From positions 9,635-73,634 of the forward strand of contig DHFK01000087.1 of NCBI GenBank assembly GCA_002400365.1: a stretch of 64,000 bases of DNA, written 5' to 3'. Source of the DNA: Anaerolineales bacterium UBA4826. GTDB taxonomy: Bacteria; Chloroflexota; Anaerolineae; UBA4142. The position numbers and the translations under genes were made by a program. The notes under the pieces were generated by a model that saw only the letters and a list, made by a program, of their open reading frames with translations, made no database searches and was not told the DNA's origin. How positions within the stretch are numbered: the stretch's first letter is position 1; each line of letters begins with the position of its first letter. Shown one piece after another: positions 1-9,231 of the stretch.

Positions 1-31
1 TCAAATTGAAACCCCCGTGGGCGCGGTTTCT

Positions 32-60
32 TTGACTTGCGCATCTGCTTGGGCTATAAT
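32..60 (+). promoter_or_regulatory. sigma70-type promoter candidate, TTGACT-17 nt-TATAAT
   Basis: TTGACT at 32-37, 17-nt spacer, TATAAT at 55-60. It lies about 44 nt upstream of the GTG start at 104. A GAAACC...GGTTTC hairpin at 8-30 precedes it. Confidence 0.55.
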
Positions 61-103
61 GATTGGGTAGGATCGGTTCTCACACGACGAGTAAGGATGC
101 CAA

Positions 104-1402
104 GTGAATCCGCTATCGCGTCTCTTCAATCGCTCCGCGTGGAAATGGCTATACATCGGCTTGGGCGTCAAGCGCTGGCTGCTCTTGCTCTCACTTGGCG
201 TGATGGTCCTGGCGCTCGGTTTGGCGTACGGACTGATCACCCTCTACCGCGAAACAACTCCCCCTGCCATGTTGGGCTACCTCACCCTGCAGTTCATTGA
301 CCGTCACGTGCGTGTCGTGCTCTTCGTCGTCGCCGGCGTCGTGGTGATGACAATCGCGATCGTTAAACTGAGCGAATCGCTCGTCTCCGCGTTTGCGAGC
401 GCAGACACGAGTCTGATTGACATCTTGTATCGCAAACGCGCGCGCCGCAAAGGTCCCAAGATCGTGGCGCTGGGCGGCGGCACCGGGCTTTCGACGCTGC
501 TGCGCGGACTGAAAGAGCATACCGATCAACTGACGGCGATCGTCACCGTCGCGGACGACGGCGGCAGTTCCGGGCGCCTGCGCCGCGAACTGGGCGTGCT
601 GCCGCCCGGCGACTTTCGTCAGTGCATCGCCGCGCTCGCCGATTCCGAGCCGCTGATGACTGCGCTGCTGCAATACCGCTTTGGCGCAGGCTCGGGGCTG
701 GAAGGTCATTCGTTCGGCAATCTGTTCATCGCGGCGATGGCGGGCGTCACCGGCAATTTCGAAAGCGCGTTGTTGGAGTCGAGCCGCGTGCTGGCGGTGC
801 GCGGCAAGATTTTGCCGTCCACGTTGCAGAACGTCACGCTGTGCGCCGAGACGCGCAATCCAGAGCCCCCAGCGAATGGATTGCAGCGCGTCGCCGGCGA
901 ATCCGAGATCACGCAGCGCGGCAGACCAATCGAGCGCGTGTACCTGGAACCGGAGCATGTGTCCGCGTATCCCGGCGTCATCCGCGCCATCCTCGACGCG
1001 GATTTGATCATCGCCGGTCCCGGCAGTCTATACACCAGTGTCCTGCCCAACCTGCTGGTCGAAGACGTGCGCGCCGCGCTGAAAGCGTCCAAGGCGCGCA
1101 AGGTGTACATCTGCAATGTCGCGACGCAGCCGGGCGAGACCGACAATTTCTCCGTCGCAGACCATTTCGACGCGCTCACGCAGCACGTCGGCAAGGGCAT
1201 CTTTACGACGGTCATCGCGAACGACAATTGGCAAGTGCGTTTTCCAGAACACGCCCAAAGCCAAATGGTGCGCGTCCAATCCGCACCTCCAGATTTCGAA
1301 ATGATCCGGGGAGATTTGGTGGATGAATCCAAACCGTGGAGGCATGACCCGGCGAAACTGGCTAAAGAGATTTTAGAGTGGTATAACTCGCTGCACGAAT
1401 AA
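104..1402 (+). CDS. YvcK/CofD-family (UPF0052) gluconeogenesis-factor-like protein with N-terminal TM segment
   Basis: 432-aa [17 protein letters not shown] and [22 protein letters not shown] motifs are typical of the YvcK/CofD fold. Hydrophobic N-terminus. AAGGA sits 7 nt upstream of the GTG start. Confidence 0.8.
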   Translation: MNPLSRLFNRSAWKWLYIGLGVKRWLLLLSLGVMVLALGLAYGLITLYRETTPPAMLGYLTLQFIDRHVRVVLFVVAGVVVMTIAIVKLSESLVSAFASADTSLIDILYRKRARRKGPKIVALGGGTGLSTLLRGLKEHTDQLTAIVTVADDGGSSGRLRRELGVLPPGDFRQCIAALADSEPLMTALLQYRFGAGSGLEGHSFGNLFIAAMAGVTGNFESALLESSRVLAVRGKILPSTLQNVTLCAETRNPEPPANGLQRVAGESEITQRGRPIERVYLEPEHVSAYPGVIRAILDADLIIAGPGSLYTSVLPNLLVEDVRAALKASKARKVYICNVATQPGETDNFSVADHFDALTQHVGKGIFTTVIANDNWQVRFPEHAQSQMVRVQSAPPDFEMIRGDLVDESKPWRHDPAKLAKEILEWYNSLHE

Positions 1403-1427
1403 TTCCGACTCTAGGAGGAGAATCACC

Positions 1428-2438
1428 ATGGCAACACGAATCGGCATCAACGGGTTTGGACGGATCGGGCGGCTGGTCTTTCGCACGATCAAAGCGCGCG
1501 CAGCCGGCAAGGTCGAGGTGGTCGCGGTGAACGACCTGTTCGACCCGGCGACGAACGCGCACTTGCTCAAGTATGATTCGACGTACGGCGCGTTCGACGG
1601 AAAGGTTGAGGTCAAAGACGGCAACCTGGTCGTGGATGGCAAGACGATCAAGGTGACCGCCGAAAAGGATCTGAACGCGATCAAATGGGCGGACCTGGGC
1701 GTGGACATCGTGATCGAGTCCACCGGCTTGTTTACCGACGCGACCAGGTCGCGCGGGCACATCACGTCCGGCGGCGCGAATAAAGTCATCATCTCCGCGC
1801 CCGCCAAGAACGAGGACATTACCATCGTCCTCGGCGTGAACGGCGACAAGTACGACCCAGCCAAGCACCACATGATCTCGAACGCCTCTTGCACCACGAA
1901 TGGTCTCGCGCCGGTCGCCAAGGTGTTGAACGACCGGTTCGGCATTGACAAGGGCATCTTGACTACGGTGCACGCCTATACCAACTCACAGAAACTGCAA
2001 GACCTCGGCGCGAAGGATTTGCGCGACGCACGCGCCGCCGCGCAGAACATCGTGCCGGCGGAAACCGGCGCGGCAAAAGCCGTCGGGTTGGTCATTCCCG
2101 AATTGAAAGGCAGGTTCGGCGGCATGGCATTCCGCGTTCCAACCACCACCGTCTCGGTCGTTGACTTTACCGCGGTTCTGAACCAGGAAGCATCGAAAGA
2201 AACGATCCGCGCGGCAATGCTCGAATACGCGAATGGCTCGATGAAGGGCATCCTCGACGTGACCGACGAGCCGTTGGTTTCCAGCGACTTGCGCGGCACG
2301 ACGTTCTCGTCGGTGTTCAGCGCGATGGACACGCTCGTGATCGGCAACCTGGTCAAGGTGATCGCGTGGTACGATAACGAATGGGGCTACGCCTGCCGTG
2401 TGGCGGATCTGGCGGCGATGGTGGCGAGTAAACTGTAA
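1428..2438 (+). CDS. gap: type I glyceraldehyde-3-phosphate dehydrogenase
   Basis: 336 aa. [12 protein letters not shown]-binding motif and SNASCTTN active-site Cys motif. AGGAGG sits 8 nt upstream of the ATG. Confidence 0.97.
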   Translation: MATRIGINGFGRIGRLVFRTIKARAAGKVEVVAVNDLFDPATNAHLLKYDSTYGAFDGKVEVKDGNLVVDGKTIKVTAEKDLNAIKWADLGVDIVIESTGLFTDATRSRGHITSGGANKVIISAPAKNEDITIVLGVNGDKYDPAKHHMISNASCTTNGLAPVAKVLNDRFGIDKGILTTVHAYTNSQKLQDLGAKDLRDARAAAQNIVPAETGAAKAVGLVIPELKGRFGGMAFRVPTTTVSVVDFTAVLNQEASKETIRAAMLEYANGSMKGILDVTDEPLVSSDLRGTTFSSVFSAMDTLVIGNLVKVIAWYDNEWGYACRVADLAAMVASKL

Positions 2439-2540
2439 TTGGAGATTGGAGATTGGAGATCGGAAGTTGGAGGTTAGAGGTTGGAAGTTGGACGGATGAT
2501 CCCAGTCCTCCAACATCTAACGTCCAACCGCTAACTTCTA
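2439..2540. repeat. tandem-heptamer hairpin (TTGGAGA/TTGGAAG units x8, with an inverted partial array)
   Basis: Eight consecutive 7-mers at 2439-2494 (TTGGAGA x3, TCGGAAG, TTGGAGG, TTAGAGG, TTGGAAG, TTGGACG). Complementary CTCCAAC/ATCTAAC/GTCCAAC/CGCTAAC units follow at 2508-2540. It fills the gap-pgk intergenic space. Confidence 0.85.
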
Positions 2541-2548
2541 GGTGAACC

Positions 2549-3718
2549 ATGAACAAGAAAACCATTCGCGACATCAACGTCAAAGACAAACGCGCGCTCG
2601 TCCGCGTGGACTTTAACGTGCCGCTGGAAAAGGGCCAAGTCGCCGACGACACGCGCCTCGTCGCGTCGCTGCCGACGATCCGGTACCTGGTCGCGCAGGG
2701 CGCGAAAGTGATCTTGTGCTCGCACCTCGGTCGCCCCAAGGGCAAGGACCAGAAACTGTCGCTGCGCCCGGTCGCGGCGCGGTTGCAGGACTTGCTCGGC
2801 AAGCCGGTCACCTTCGTGGGCGACTGCATCGGGCAGCCGGTCGAGCGCGTGGTGGAAGCGCTGAACGCGGGCGATGTGCTGCTGCTGGAGAACGTGCGCT
2901 TTTACCCCGAAGAAGAAAAGAACGATCCAGAGTTTGCCCGGCGACTGGCGGCGTTCGGCGATGTGTACGTGAACGATGCGTTCGGCTCCGCGCATCGCGC
3001 GCACGCCAGCACCGAGGGAGTGACGAAATATCTGCCCGGCGTCGCGGGCTTGCTAATGGAAAAGGAATTGAACTATCTCGGCAGCGCGCTCGCGCAGCCG
3101 GCAAAACCCTTCGTCGCGATCCTCGGCGGCGCAAAGGTGAGCGACAAGATCAAGGTGATCGAAAATCTCTTGCCGCAAGTTGATTCGCTGTTGATTGGGG
3201 GCGGCATGGCGAACACGTTCCTCGCCGCGCGCGGCTTGAACCTGGGGCAGTCGCTCGTCGAAGCGGACAAACTTGGTGTGGCAAAAGCGCTGATGGACAA
3301 GGGCGGCGCGAAGATCGTGCTGCCAGTCGACGCGGTGATCGCGGACAAGTTCGCGGCGGACGCGCAGAACAAGATCGTTCCGGTCGGCCAGGTGCCGGCA
3401 GACTGGCGCGTGCTCGACGTCGGTCCCCAGACGATCGCTGCGTTCTCGGAAATCTTAGGGGGCGCCAAGACAGTCGTGTGGAATGGACCGCTCGGCGTAT
3501 GCGAGTTCCCCGCGTTCGCGCAAGGCACCGTTGAGATCGCCAAGCGGCTGGCGCAGTCTGGCGCGACGACGATCATCGGCGGCGGCGACAGCGCGGCGGC
3601 GGTCGAGCAAGCCGGCGTCGCGGGCAAGCTGACGCACATCTCGACCGGCGGCGGCGCGTCGCTCGAGTTTCTGGAAGGGCGCGTGCTGCCGGGGGTGGCG
3701 GCGCTGCAGGACAAATAG
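2549..3718 (+). CDS. pgk: phosphoglycerate kinase
   Basis: 389 aa. N-terminal RVDFNVP motif, C-terminal [13 protein letters not shown] motif, and the usual gap-pgk synteny. Confidence 0.97.
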   Translation: MNKKTIRDINVKDKRALVRVDFNVPLEKGQVADDTRLVASLPTIRYLVAQGAKVILCSHLGRPKGKDQKLSLRPVAARLQDLLGKPVTFVGDCIGQPVERVVEALNAGDVLLLENVRFYPEEEKNDPEFARRLAAFGDVYVNDAFGSAHRAHASTEGVTKYLPGVAGLLMEKELNYLGSALAQPAKPFVAILGGAKVSDKIKVIENLLPQVDSLLIGGGMANTFLAARGLNLGQSLVEADKLGVAKALMDKGGAKIVLPVDAVIADKFAADAQNKIVPVGQVPADWRVLDVGPQTIAAFSEILGGAKTVVWNGPLGVCEFPAFAQGTVEIAKRLAQSGATTIIGGGDSAAAVEQAGVAGKLTHISTGGGASLEFLEGRVLPGVAALQDK

Positions 3719-3789
3719 CAGGTGCTCGTACTATCGCCCGCGGGTCCGAGAACCAAAGAGCGGCGCGCTGACGCCACGGAAGACGCAAA

Positions 3790-4080
3790 ATGACCCAAGC
3801 AGATGTCCTAAGAACCCTCAAGGCCTTGAAGCCTGAGTTCACCACGCGCTTTAAGGTCAAAGAACTCAGTCTCTTCGGCTCCTTCGTCCGAGGCGAGCAG
3901 ACAGAAGCCAGCGATGTTGACGTTCTGGTAGAATTCGACGAAAGCGCTAGTCTGTTTGATTTGGTAAGGTTGTCACTCTTTTTGGAAGATCAACTTCATC
4001 GGAAGATAGATGTCGTACCAAAGGATTCCTTGCGCATGGAATTCCGAGAGAATATCTTGCGCGAGAGGGTGACGGTATGA
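3790..4080 (+). CDS. mntA: MNT-type nucleotidyltransferase antitoxin (type VII TA)
   Basis: 96 aa. GSxxRG-x-DxD motif (FGSFVRGEQTEASDVDVLV). ATGA overlap with the downstream HepT gene. Confidence 0.85.
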   Translation: MTQADVLRTLKALKPEFTTRFKVKELSLFGSFVRGEQTEASDVDVLVEFDESASLFDLVRLSLFLEDQLHRKIDVVPKDSLRMEFRENILRERVTV

Positions 4081-4445
4081 GAGACTATCGGATTTTTCTC
4101 AAGGACATCTTGGCGGCGATCAAAAGCATCCAGACATTCATCGCGGGGATGGATCTCGAAACTTTCCAATCGGATGACAAGACGACGAGCGCGGTTATTC
4201 GCAAGTTCGAAATCATCGGCGAAGCCGTGCGGGGTGTTCCCGAAGACATTCGCACCGCCTATGCCAAAGTCGCGTGGAAAGAAATGGCGGGGATGCGTGA
4301 TCGCCTGATTCATTTCTATATGGGCGTCAATTATCGGCTTATCTGGAAAACGATTCAAGAGGACTTGCCTACGACCGAAGCGCAGATTCAAAAAATCCTT
4401 GAGGAAAACCCAGCCGACCCGGCAAACGGGCGGGTCTCGGAATGA
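4077..4445 (+). CDS. hepT: HepT (DUF86) HEPN-family RNase toxin
   Basis: 122 aa. Rx4HxY HEPN motif (RDRLIHFY). Translationally coupled to the MNT gene. Confidence 0.85.
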   Translation: MRDYRIFLKDILAAIKSIQTFIAGMDLETFQSDDKTTSAVIRKFEIIGEAVRGVPEDIRTAYAKVAWKEMAGMRDRLIHFYMGVNYRLIWKTIQEDLPTTEAQIQKILEENPADPANGRVSE

Positions 4446-4454
4446 GCTTCGTGG

Positions 4455-5066
4455 ATGATTCCTGTTGATTTCGGCTTGTCCAAGTCAGGAGTAGGAGCGT
4501 TGAGAAAGAACGTCCAGTCCCAGTGGAAAGAAGAAACTCTCCGAATGAAGCCGGGTCACACTTGGAAATCCCAGCCCGGCTACAAGATATTTGTGGCGGA
4601 TCGCGGGGCAGTGCGCTTCCAGATTCCAAAACACTGGATCGTTGAGCCAGATGCGCGGTCTGTCAAATTCTTCGACGGCGCGCCCCCAAACGATAACTGT
4701 CGCTTGGAGTGCTCTTACTTGCGTATACCGTCCTTGGACTGGAGCGGACTGCCTCTGTCGGAACTGATCGCCGTGGCGCTGAAGGGCGATCCGAGAGAAA
4801 CTGTGATGAGTGGAGACATCGTTCAGCCAGATAGACAGGATCTTGAGATCGCTTGGGCAGAGTTTAGTTTCGTTGATTCAAACGAACAGCGTTCTGCCTG
4901 CACGCGAGTTTGCATTGCCCGCGGCTCCGGAATCCAATGTCTGCTCACGCTTGATTTCTGGCCCGAGGATGCTGCGCGAATCAATCCGGTGTGGCTTCAA
5001 GTCATCCGCACCGTGGAACTGGGCAGGTACGTCACCGATCCGACCAAGGGAGAAACTATTCATTGA
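4455..5066 (+). CDS. hypothetical protein (start uncertain; alternative ATG at 4545)
   Basis: 203-aa ORF with no motif I recognise. It lies in the same visibly lower-GC patch as the MNT/HepT pair. Confidence 0.45.
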   Translation: MIPVDFGLSKSGVGALRKNVQSQWKEETLRMKPGHTWKSQPGYKIFVADRGAVRFQIPKHWIVEPDARSVKFFDGAPPNDNCRLECSYLRIPSLDWSGLPLSELIAVALKGDPRETVMSGDIVQPDRQDLEIAWAEFSFVDSNEQRSACTRVCIARGSGIQCLLTLDFWPEDAARINPVWLQVIRTVELGRYVTDPTKGETIH

Positions 5067-5080
5067 ACGTTTTTGGCAAA

Positions 5081-6784
5081 TTACTTCTCCCCCACCACAA
5101 TCAACGACATCGCGTTCGGCGGCATTGCAAATGAAACGCGCGCCGCGCCGTTCTCGATCGCGCTGGCGCTGACTTGAGGCGCCAGTTTCGCTTTCGCCGC
5201 GATCTCCGCGACCTGCGCGCTCGTCGGTGATTTGGGACTGCCGAGCGCGAGCCACGCGCGGTACGCGTTCGCGTGCTCACGGTCAATCCGATAGTGCTTT
5301 AGCGGTACACTGGTCCCAGTAATTCCCTTGACCGTCAACTCGACCCCGACCGGATCACCGGTTCCTGCCGGGTTCTTTTCCTCGAACCGGTAAACAACCA
5401 TCTGTGCTGATCCACCGCGCCGCGCGGCAAAGCCGCGCACGTCTGCGCCCGGCTGCGCGATGTCAACGGCGATGCGTTCCGATCCCAGTTTGCCGAGCAA
5501 CCAGTATGCGTTGAAGATGGGCAGCGGAATGACCTGATCGCCGTAGAGCCGCGTGTGGGCGCGCCAGCCGTTCACCATTTGTCCCCAGCGTAAGAACAAG
5601 TCCACGCGCGCGTCCGCGTTGTTCAAGTTGTTGTCAATCGAACGGCAGAGGAACGCGGCATCGTATTCGCCCAAGACCGTCGGCGATTGTCCGGCGTCGC
5701 TCTGATTCAGTGTTTGTCCCCACTCGTTCTGGTGCAATTCGACTTGCGCCAGCGCGGGGTAACTGCGGACGCGCGCGCGGCGTTTCTTGTTATGCTCCAA
5801 TAATCCCTGGCTCGCGCCGTAGCCGTGCCACGAGATGAAATCAGCGCGCGTGCCGCGCGTGCCGGTCACCGCGTTCGTGCCACTCGTGATGTGATCGAGG
5901 AAGAGCCGGAAAAAGTCGTCGTGTCCGGCAAGCCCAGGTCCCCCCACTCTGATTTGCGAATCTGCCGCCGTCGCGCCATCCACAAAGTAATCGTACATCT
6001 TGTTGAACCGCGCGATGCGTTCGGACGTGAATTTCTGCGGACCTTCCGCGCCGTCAATGAAATAGGCGCGCAAATCCGGCTCGTTCCAGATTTCAAAGTA
6101 CCAGGTCCGCACCTCGTCCGCGCCATAGCGTTCGCCGAGATGCTTCACCGTGTGGTAAATCATCTCGCGCCATTTGGAGTAATCGCGCGGCGTGTTGATC
6201 GCGCCGCCGGAATAGTTGCGGACAAGCGTGCCCTCCGCGAGCGCGTCCGGCATAAAGTCCATTTCGAGGATCGGTTTCAAGCCGGCGCGCTGCCAGATGT
6301 CCAGAACTTGATCGAGATACTCAAAGTTGTAACGCGGCGCGCCGCTCGCATCTTCGGCATAGACGCGGCAGCCGTAGATTTGATCTGGACGCGCGCGCGG
6401 CGCCGCATCGCTGAATGTATTGTGACAGCGGATGTAGCGAAACGCGCGGCTCGCGCGCATCATCTCCCAGACCGGCTGTGTGACGGGCGAGGTCGTGTGC
6501 GCGAACATCGGATCGAAGCCGACGTTGCCCCACAGTTTCGCGTCGCACGCGCCGACGACGCGGCTGATATCTGCGCTCAAGCGCGCGGCGAGGGGCGGCG
6601 ACGTAGGAGACGCCGTTGGAGATGGAGGGACAGAAGTTGGCGGTTGGAAGTTGGAAGTTGGACTGGGCGTTGGCGCAGCGGTGGGAATGTCGGCGGCTCG
6701 GCATCCTCCAAGCATCCAAGCGGCGGCGAGTGATGCCGCGCCGATCCCGACTTGCTTTATGAATTCGCGGCGGGTTGTTCGCAT
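5081..6784 (-). CDS. clan GH-A glycoside hydrolase (GH39-like) with Tat/lipoprotein-type signal
   Basis: WYFEIWNEPD catalytic-acid motif. N-terminus MRTTRREFIKQVGIGAASLAAAWMLGGC. GGAGG sits 5 nt upstream of the ATG at 6784. The ORF-track start at 6820 is probably too long. Confidence 0.75.
   Translation of the reverse strand: MRTTRREFIKQVGIGAASLAAAWMLGGCRAADIPTAAPTPSPTSNFQPPTSVPPSPTASPTSPPLAARLSADISRVVGACDAKLWGNVGFDPMFAHTTSPVTQPVWEMMRASRAFRYIRCHNTFSDAAPRARPDQIYGCRVYAEDASGAPRYNFEYLDQVLDIWQRAGLKPILEMDFMPDALAEGTLVRNYSGGAINTPRDYSKWREMIYHTVKHLGERYGADEVRTWYFEIWNEPDLRAYFIDGAEGPQKFTSERIARFNKMYDYFVDGATAADSQIRVGGPGLAGHDDFFRLFLDHITSGTNAVTGTRGTRADFISWHGYGASQGLLEHNKKRRARVRSYPALAQVELHQNEWGQTLNQSDAGQSPTVLGEYDAAFLCRSIDNNLNNADARVDLFLRWGQMVNGWRAHTRLYGDQVIPLPIFNAYWLLGKLGSERIAVDIAQPGADVRGFAARRGGSAQMVVYRFEEKNPAGTGDPVGVELTVKGITGTSVPLKHYRIDREHANAYRAWLALGSPKSPTSAQVAEIAAKAKLAPQVSASAIENGAARVSFAMPPNAMSLIVVGEK
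6615..6675. repeat. GTTGGAA-type heptamer run inside the GH39-like CDS (encodes a P/T/S linker)
   Basis: GTTGGAG..GTTGGCG GTTGGAA GTTGGAA GTTGGAC. It uses the same unit as the 2439-2494 array. On the minus strand it reads PTSNFQPPTSVPPSPT, just after the lipobox. Confidence 0.7.
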
Positions 6785-6839
6785 GACGACCTCCGACCAA
6801 GTGTACGTGCTTTGGAACAAACGTCAAAATGACGCAAAG

Positions 6840-6869
6840 ACCTGGAAGGCGCTCAAGCACCTTCCAGGT
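6840..6869 (-). terminator. hairpin terminator candidate (ACCTGGAAGG / CCTTCCAGGT)
   Basis: Perfect 10-bp inverted repeat with a 10-nt loop, just downstream of the 6876 stop on the minus strand. A moderately T-rich tract follows. Confidence 0.45.
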
Positions 6870-6875
6870 TTGGCT

Positions 6876-7319
6876 TTACGGTAACGTAATGACCTTGCCC
6901 GTCTCAGTCCACACGCCATCTTCCTTATCGGTGTGGTACTTGCCCTGTCCCCGCAGGAGAAACTTGCCGGTGCCGGTCGCTTCGAGTTTGATGTTCTTGC
7001 CACCCAACGACACGACGATGTTGCTTCCGCTGATCTGCGCTTGCCCATCAAACCCGACATAGATGACGGTGCGGTCGTTGGGTTGGCGCTTGATGCCTTT
7101 GCCGCTGACATTGATGTCCGCGTCACCGGCAAGGTCGCGCATGGACAACACCCCTGACCCACTGAGGGTGATCGAACCGCTCCCTTTCATCGCGGCAAAT
7201 CCATCACCCTCTGCAGTTAGCGAGCCGGTGCCACCACCTTGCTCTGCCGCGGCGATGGCAGTCAGTAGCAAGGCGGCAACCAGTGCGAGAGTGAATGCGA
7301 CGACCAATTTGCCTTTCAT
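6876..7319 (-). CDS. small secreted protein of unknown function
   Basis: 147 aa. Signal-peptide-like N-terminus MKGKLVVAFTLALVAALLLTAIAAAEQ. Strong SD (AGGGAGG) 7 nt upstream. Confidence 0.6.
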   Translation of the reverse strand: MKGKLVVAFTLALVAALLLTAIAAAEQGGGTGSLTAEGDGFAAMKGSGSITLSGSGVLSMRDLAGDADINVSGKGIKRQPNDRTVIYVGFDGQAQISGSNIVVSLGGKNIKLEATGTGKFLLRGQGKYHTDKEDGVWTETGKVITLP

Positions 7320-7345
7320 GGTACACCTCCCTTTGAATCAATGTC

Positions 7346-7468
7346 TCATCGCGAGACAGCCCGAACACTTTTTTGCGACAGACCTAGCCAAATCACGAGT
7401 GCGATGCAAATCAGCGACGAGAGCACGTCCGTAGCCAGTTGGCTCAAGAATTTCTTGACGTTGCGCAT
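7346..7468 (-). CDS. candidate 40-aa small membrane protein
   Basis: Hand-translated as MRNVKKFLSQLATDVLSSLICIALVIWLGLSQKSVRAVSR. One hydrophobic helix, weak SD. It is below the ORF-track length cutoff. Confidence 0.25.
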   Translation of the reverse strand: MRNVKKFLSQLATDVLSSLICIALVIWLGLSQKSVRAVSR

Positions 7469-7486
7469 ACACACTAGTCCCCTCTG

Positions 7487-7555
7487 TCACATCCCCGGCT
7501 GGCGGAGAACCAGCCACGTACCGATTGCGATGATCGAAAACTGATGCTGTGACAT
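7487..7555 (-). CDS. candidate 22-aa small ORF
   Basis: Hand-translated as MSQHQFSIIAIGTWLVLRQPGM. GGGAGG sits 7 nt upstream of the ATG. It lies downstream of the TTTACA direct-repeat site. Confidence 0.25.
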   Translation of the reverse strand: MSQHQFSIIAIGTWLVLRQPGM

Positions 7556-7621
7556 GGTTTTGCCTCCCACCGTCTTATCACGTGGATCATCGCGCTAGCG
7601 GGTTAAGGCGGAATGAAACTG

Positions 7622-7639
7622 CTGTAAAATGACTGTAAA
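7622..7639 (-). promoter_or_regulatory. OmpR/PhoB-style direct-repeat site (TTTACAGTCATTTTACAG on the minus strand)
   Basis: Two TTTACA units spaced 11 bp apart. The site is near-identical to the one at 9976-9993 and sits at a similar distance from a -10-like hexamer. Confidence 0.5.
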
Positions 7640-7641
7640 AC

Positions 7642-7678
7642 AAAAAAGGCGCGACGCCCGTTCGACAGGCGTCGCGCC
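7642..7678 (-). terminator. rho-independent terminator of the histidine kinase gene
   Basis: Perfect 11-bp GC-rich stem (GGCGCGACGCC / GGCGTCGCGCC) with a 9-nt loop, followed on the minus strand by TTTTTTG. It starts 3 nt after the stop at 7681. Confidence 0.85.
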
Positions 7679-7680
7679 TT

Positions 7681-9129
7681 TCAGCGCACCGGCAGATGAA
7701 TGGTGAACACGCTGCCGTGCCCCGGTTCGCTCTTCACCGTGATCGCGCCGCCGTGCGCGGCGACGATTTCTTTGGCAATGGCTAGCCCCAAGCCGGTGCC
7801 GCCGGCGACGCGCGCTTTATCGCCGCGATAAAACCGCGCAAAGAGGCGCGGCAAGTCGTCCGCGGGAATGCCTTCGCCCGTGTCGGCGACGGCGATCCGA
7901 ATCCATCGCTGCGTCGGGGTCTTGCCTGCCGACCACCGCGCGAGCAAAGTGCTTTTGCCAGCGCTTTCTAGCGCTTCGGCTTTGGCGGTCACGGTGACTG
8001 TTCCGCCCGGGCGATTGTACTTGATCGCGTTTTCGACCAGGTTGGTCACGACTTGTTCCAATTGGCCGGCGTCGCCGGTGATTGGAGGGAGGGCGTCAAC
8101 CATGGCGACGATCGTCGCAGCCGGGATGTTCGCGCGCGCGCGGCAACGCTCGATCCAGCGCGGCAAGAGTTCGCCCAAGTCAACCCGGTCCTGCGCGAGC
8201 GCGATTTGCCCGGATTCCAGCCGCGCGAGCGTGAGCAAATTGCCAACCAAGCGCGCCATCCGCCCGGCTTCGTCGAAGATCGTTTGCGCGGCGCGGCGCG
8301 CCCCCGCCAGGTCATAGGTCGTCCCGTCGAGAATCGCCTGCGAAAAGCCCTGGATCGAAGTGAGCGGCGTTTTCAATTCGTGCGAGACGTTCGCGACGAA
8401 ATCTTTTTCCATCTGCCGCGCGCGCTGCATCTGCTCCGCCATCGCGTTGAAACTCGCGCCCAGCCGTCCGATTTCATCGCGCCCCCGGGCGTCGACGCGA
8501 TGAGCGTACTCTCCGCGCGCCAGCGCTTCGGTTGCCTGCGTCAAGCGCGTGATCGGTCGGGCAATCGAGCGCGCCAGCCAGAGCGCGGCGAGCAGCGAGA
8601 CCACTAACGTGATCGCGCCGGCGAGCAAGAGACTCGCGCCGATGTCGTCGAGCACGGCGAAGAAGGGCTGTTCTTTTGCCGCCAAACCCACGTACACCTG
8701 CTGCCCGCCGACCTGGCCTGCCAGCACGGCGACGTACAGCAGCGTGCGATTGAGGTTGCGTTGTGGATGAACGCCCCAGATGAATCCGCGGGGAGTGCCC
8801 GGCTTGTTCAGTGGCGTGAAAGAGATGTTGCGATTGGTCAAGCCATTTGCCGCGTCCGCCAGCACCAGCCCTTTGTCGGTCACGATGATGAGATCGCCGA
8901 CGCCGGTAGTTTGCTGCTGGAGCCGCGTCATCACCTCGCGCGGCGGAACGTTGTTGAGGAGCAGCGCGCGCGCCTGGAACGCCAACGGCACGACGGCATC
9001 CCCCAGGCGCGCGAGTTGGACATCGCGCTGGTACGCGCGCAGAATCACTGCCAGACTCACCGCGACGATCGCGAGCGTGAGCAGGATGACAAAGACGAAG
9101 GTTAGGGCAAGGCGCGTTCTAAGAGACAT
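7681..9129 (-). CDS. sensor histidine kinase (2 TM, HAMP, HisKA, HATPase_c)
   Basis: 482 aa. H-box SHELKTPLTSIQGF. N/G boxes (NAIKYN, DTGEGI, GGTGLGLAIAK). Two hydrophobic segments flank a periplasmic region of about 150 aa. Confidence 0.92.
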   Translation of the reverse strand: MSLRTRLALTFVFVILLTLAIVAVSLAVILRAYQRDVQLARLGDAVVPLAFQARALLLNNVPPREVMTRLQQQTTGVGDLIIVTDKGLVLADAANGLTNRNISFTPLNKPGTPRGFIWGVHPQRNLNRTLLYVAVLAGQVGGQQVYVGLAAKEQPFFAVLDDIGASLLLAGAITLVVSLLAALWLARSIARPITRLTQATEALARGEYAHRVDARGRDEIGRLGASFNAMAEQMQRARQMEKDFVANVSHELKTPLTSIQGFSQAILDGTTYDLAGARRAAQTIFDEAGRMARLVGNLLTLARLESGQIALAQDRVDLGELLPRWIERCRARANIPAATIVAMVDALPPITGDAGQLEQVVTNLVENAIKYNRPGGTVTVTAKAEALESAGKSTLLARWSAGKTPTQRWIRIAVADTGEGIPADDLPRLFARFYRGDKARVAGGTGLGLAIAKEIVAAHGGAITVKSEPGHGSVFTIHLPVR

Positions 9130-9134
9130 CCGAC

Positions 9135-9215
9135 TTTCGATTGCCGATCCTTCGGCAAGCGCAGGACAGGTTTTTCGATTTTCGATTGGGGCGCGCCAGA
9201 AATCGGCAATCGAAA
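9135..9215. repeat. TTTCGAT-unit repeat/hairpin between the kinase and regulator genes
   Basis: TTTCGATTGCCGAT (9135-9148) is the perfect reverse complement of ATCGGCAATCGAAA (9202-9215). An internal TTTTCGATTTTCGATT tandem lies at 9172-9187. Confidence 0.8.
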
Positions 9216-9231
9216 ATCGAACATCGAGAAT

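Noticed and set aside
191-1345. Several long ORFs antisense to or out of frame with the yvcK-like gene (191-958, 622-1326, 706-1332, 1028-1345)
   Set aside because: They are Arg/Ala/Gly-rich translations typical of shadow ORFs in high-GC DNA. They are fully nested in a gene with clear family motifs. The same reasoning applies to the many similar shadow ORFs across the whole track.
1986-2516. ORF whose N-terminus reads [20 protein letters not shown]
   Set aside because: That translation is just the heptamer array read in frame. The rest of the ORF is antisense to gap.
2439-2540. Could the tandem-unit arrays be CRISPR arrays?
   Set aside because: The units are 7-8 nt with no unique spacers of 25-40 nt between them. 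The arrays are 20-60 nt long and inverted-paired. No cas genes are in the window.
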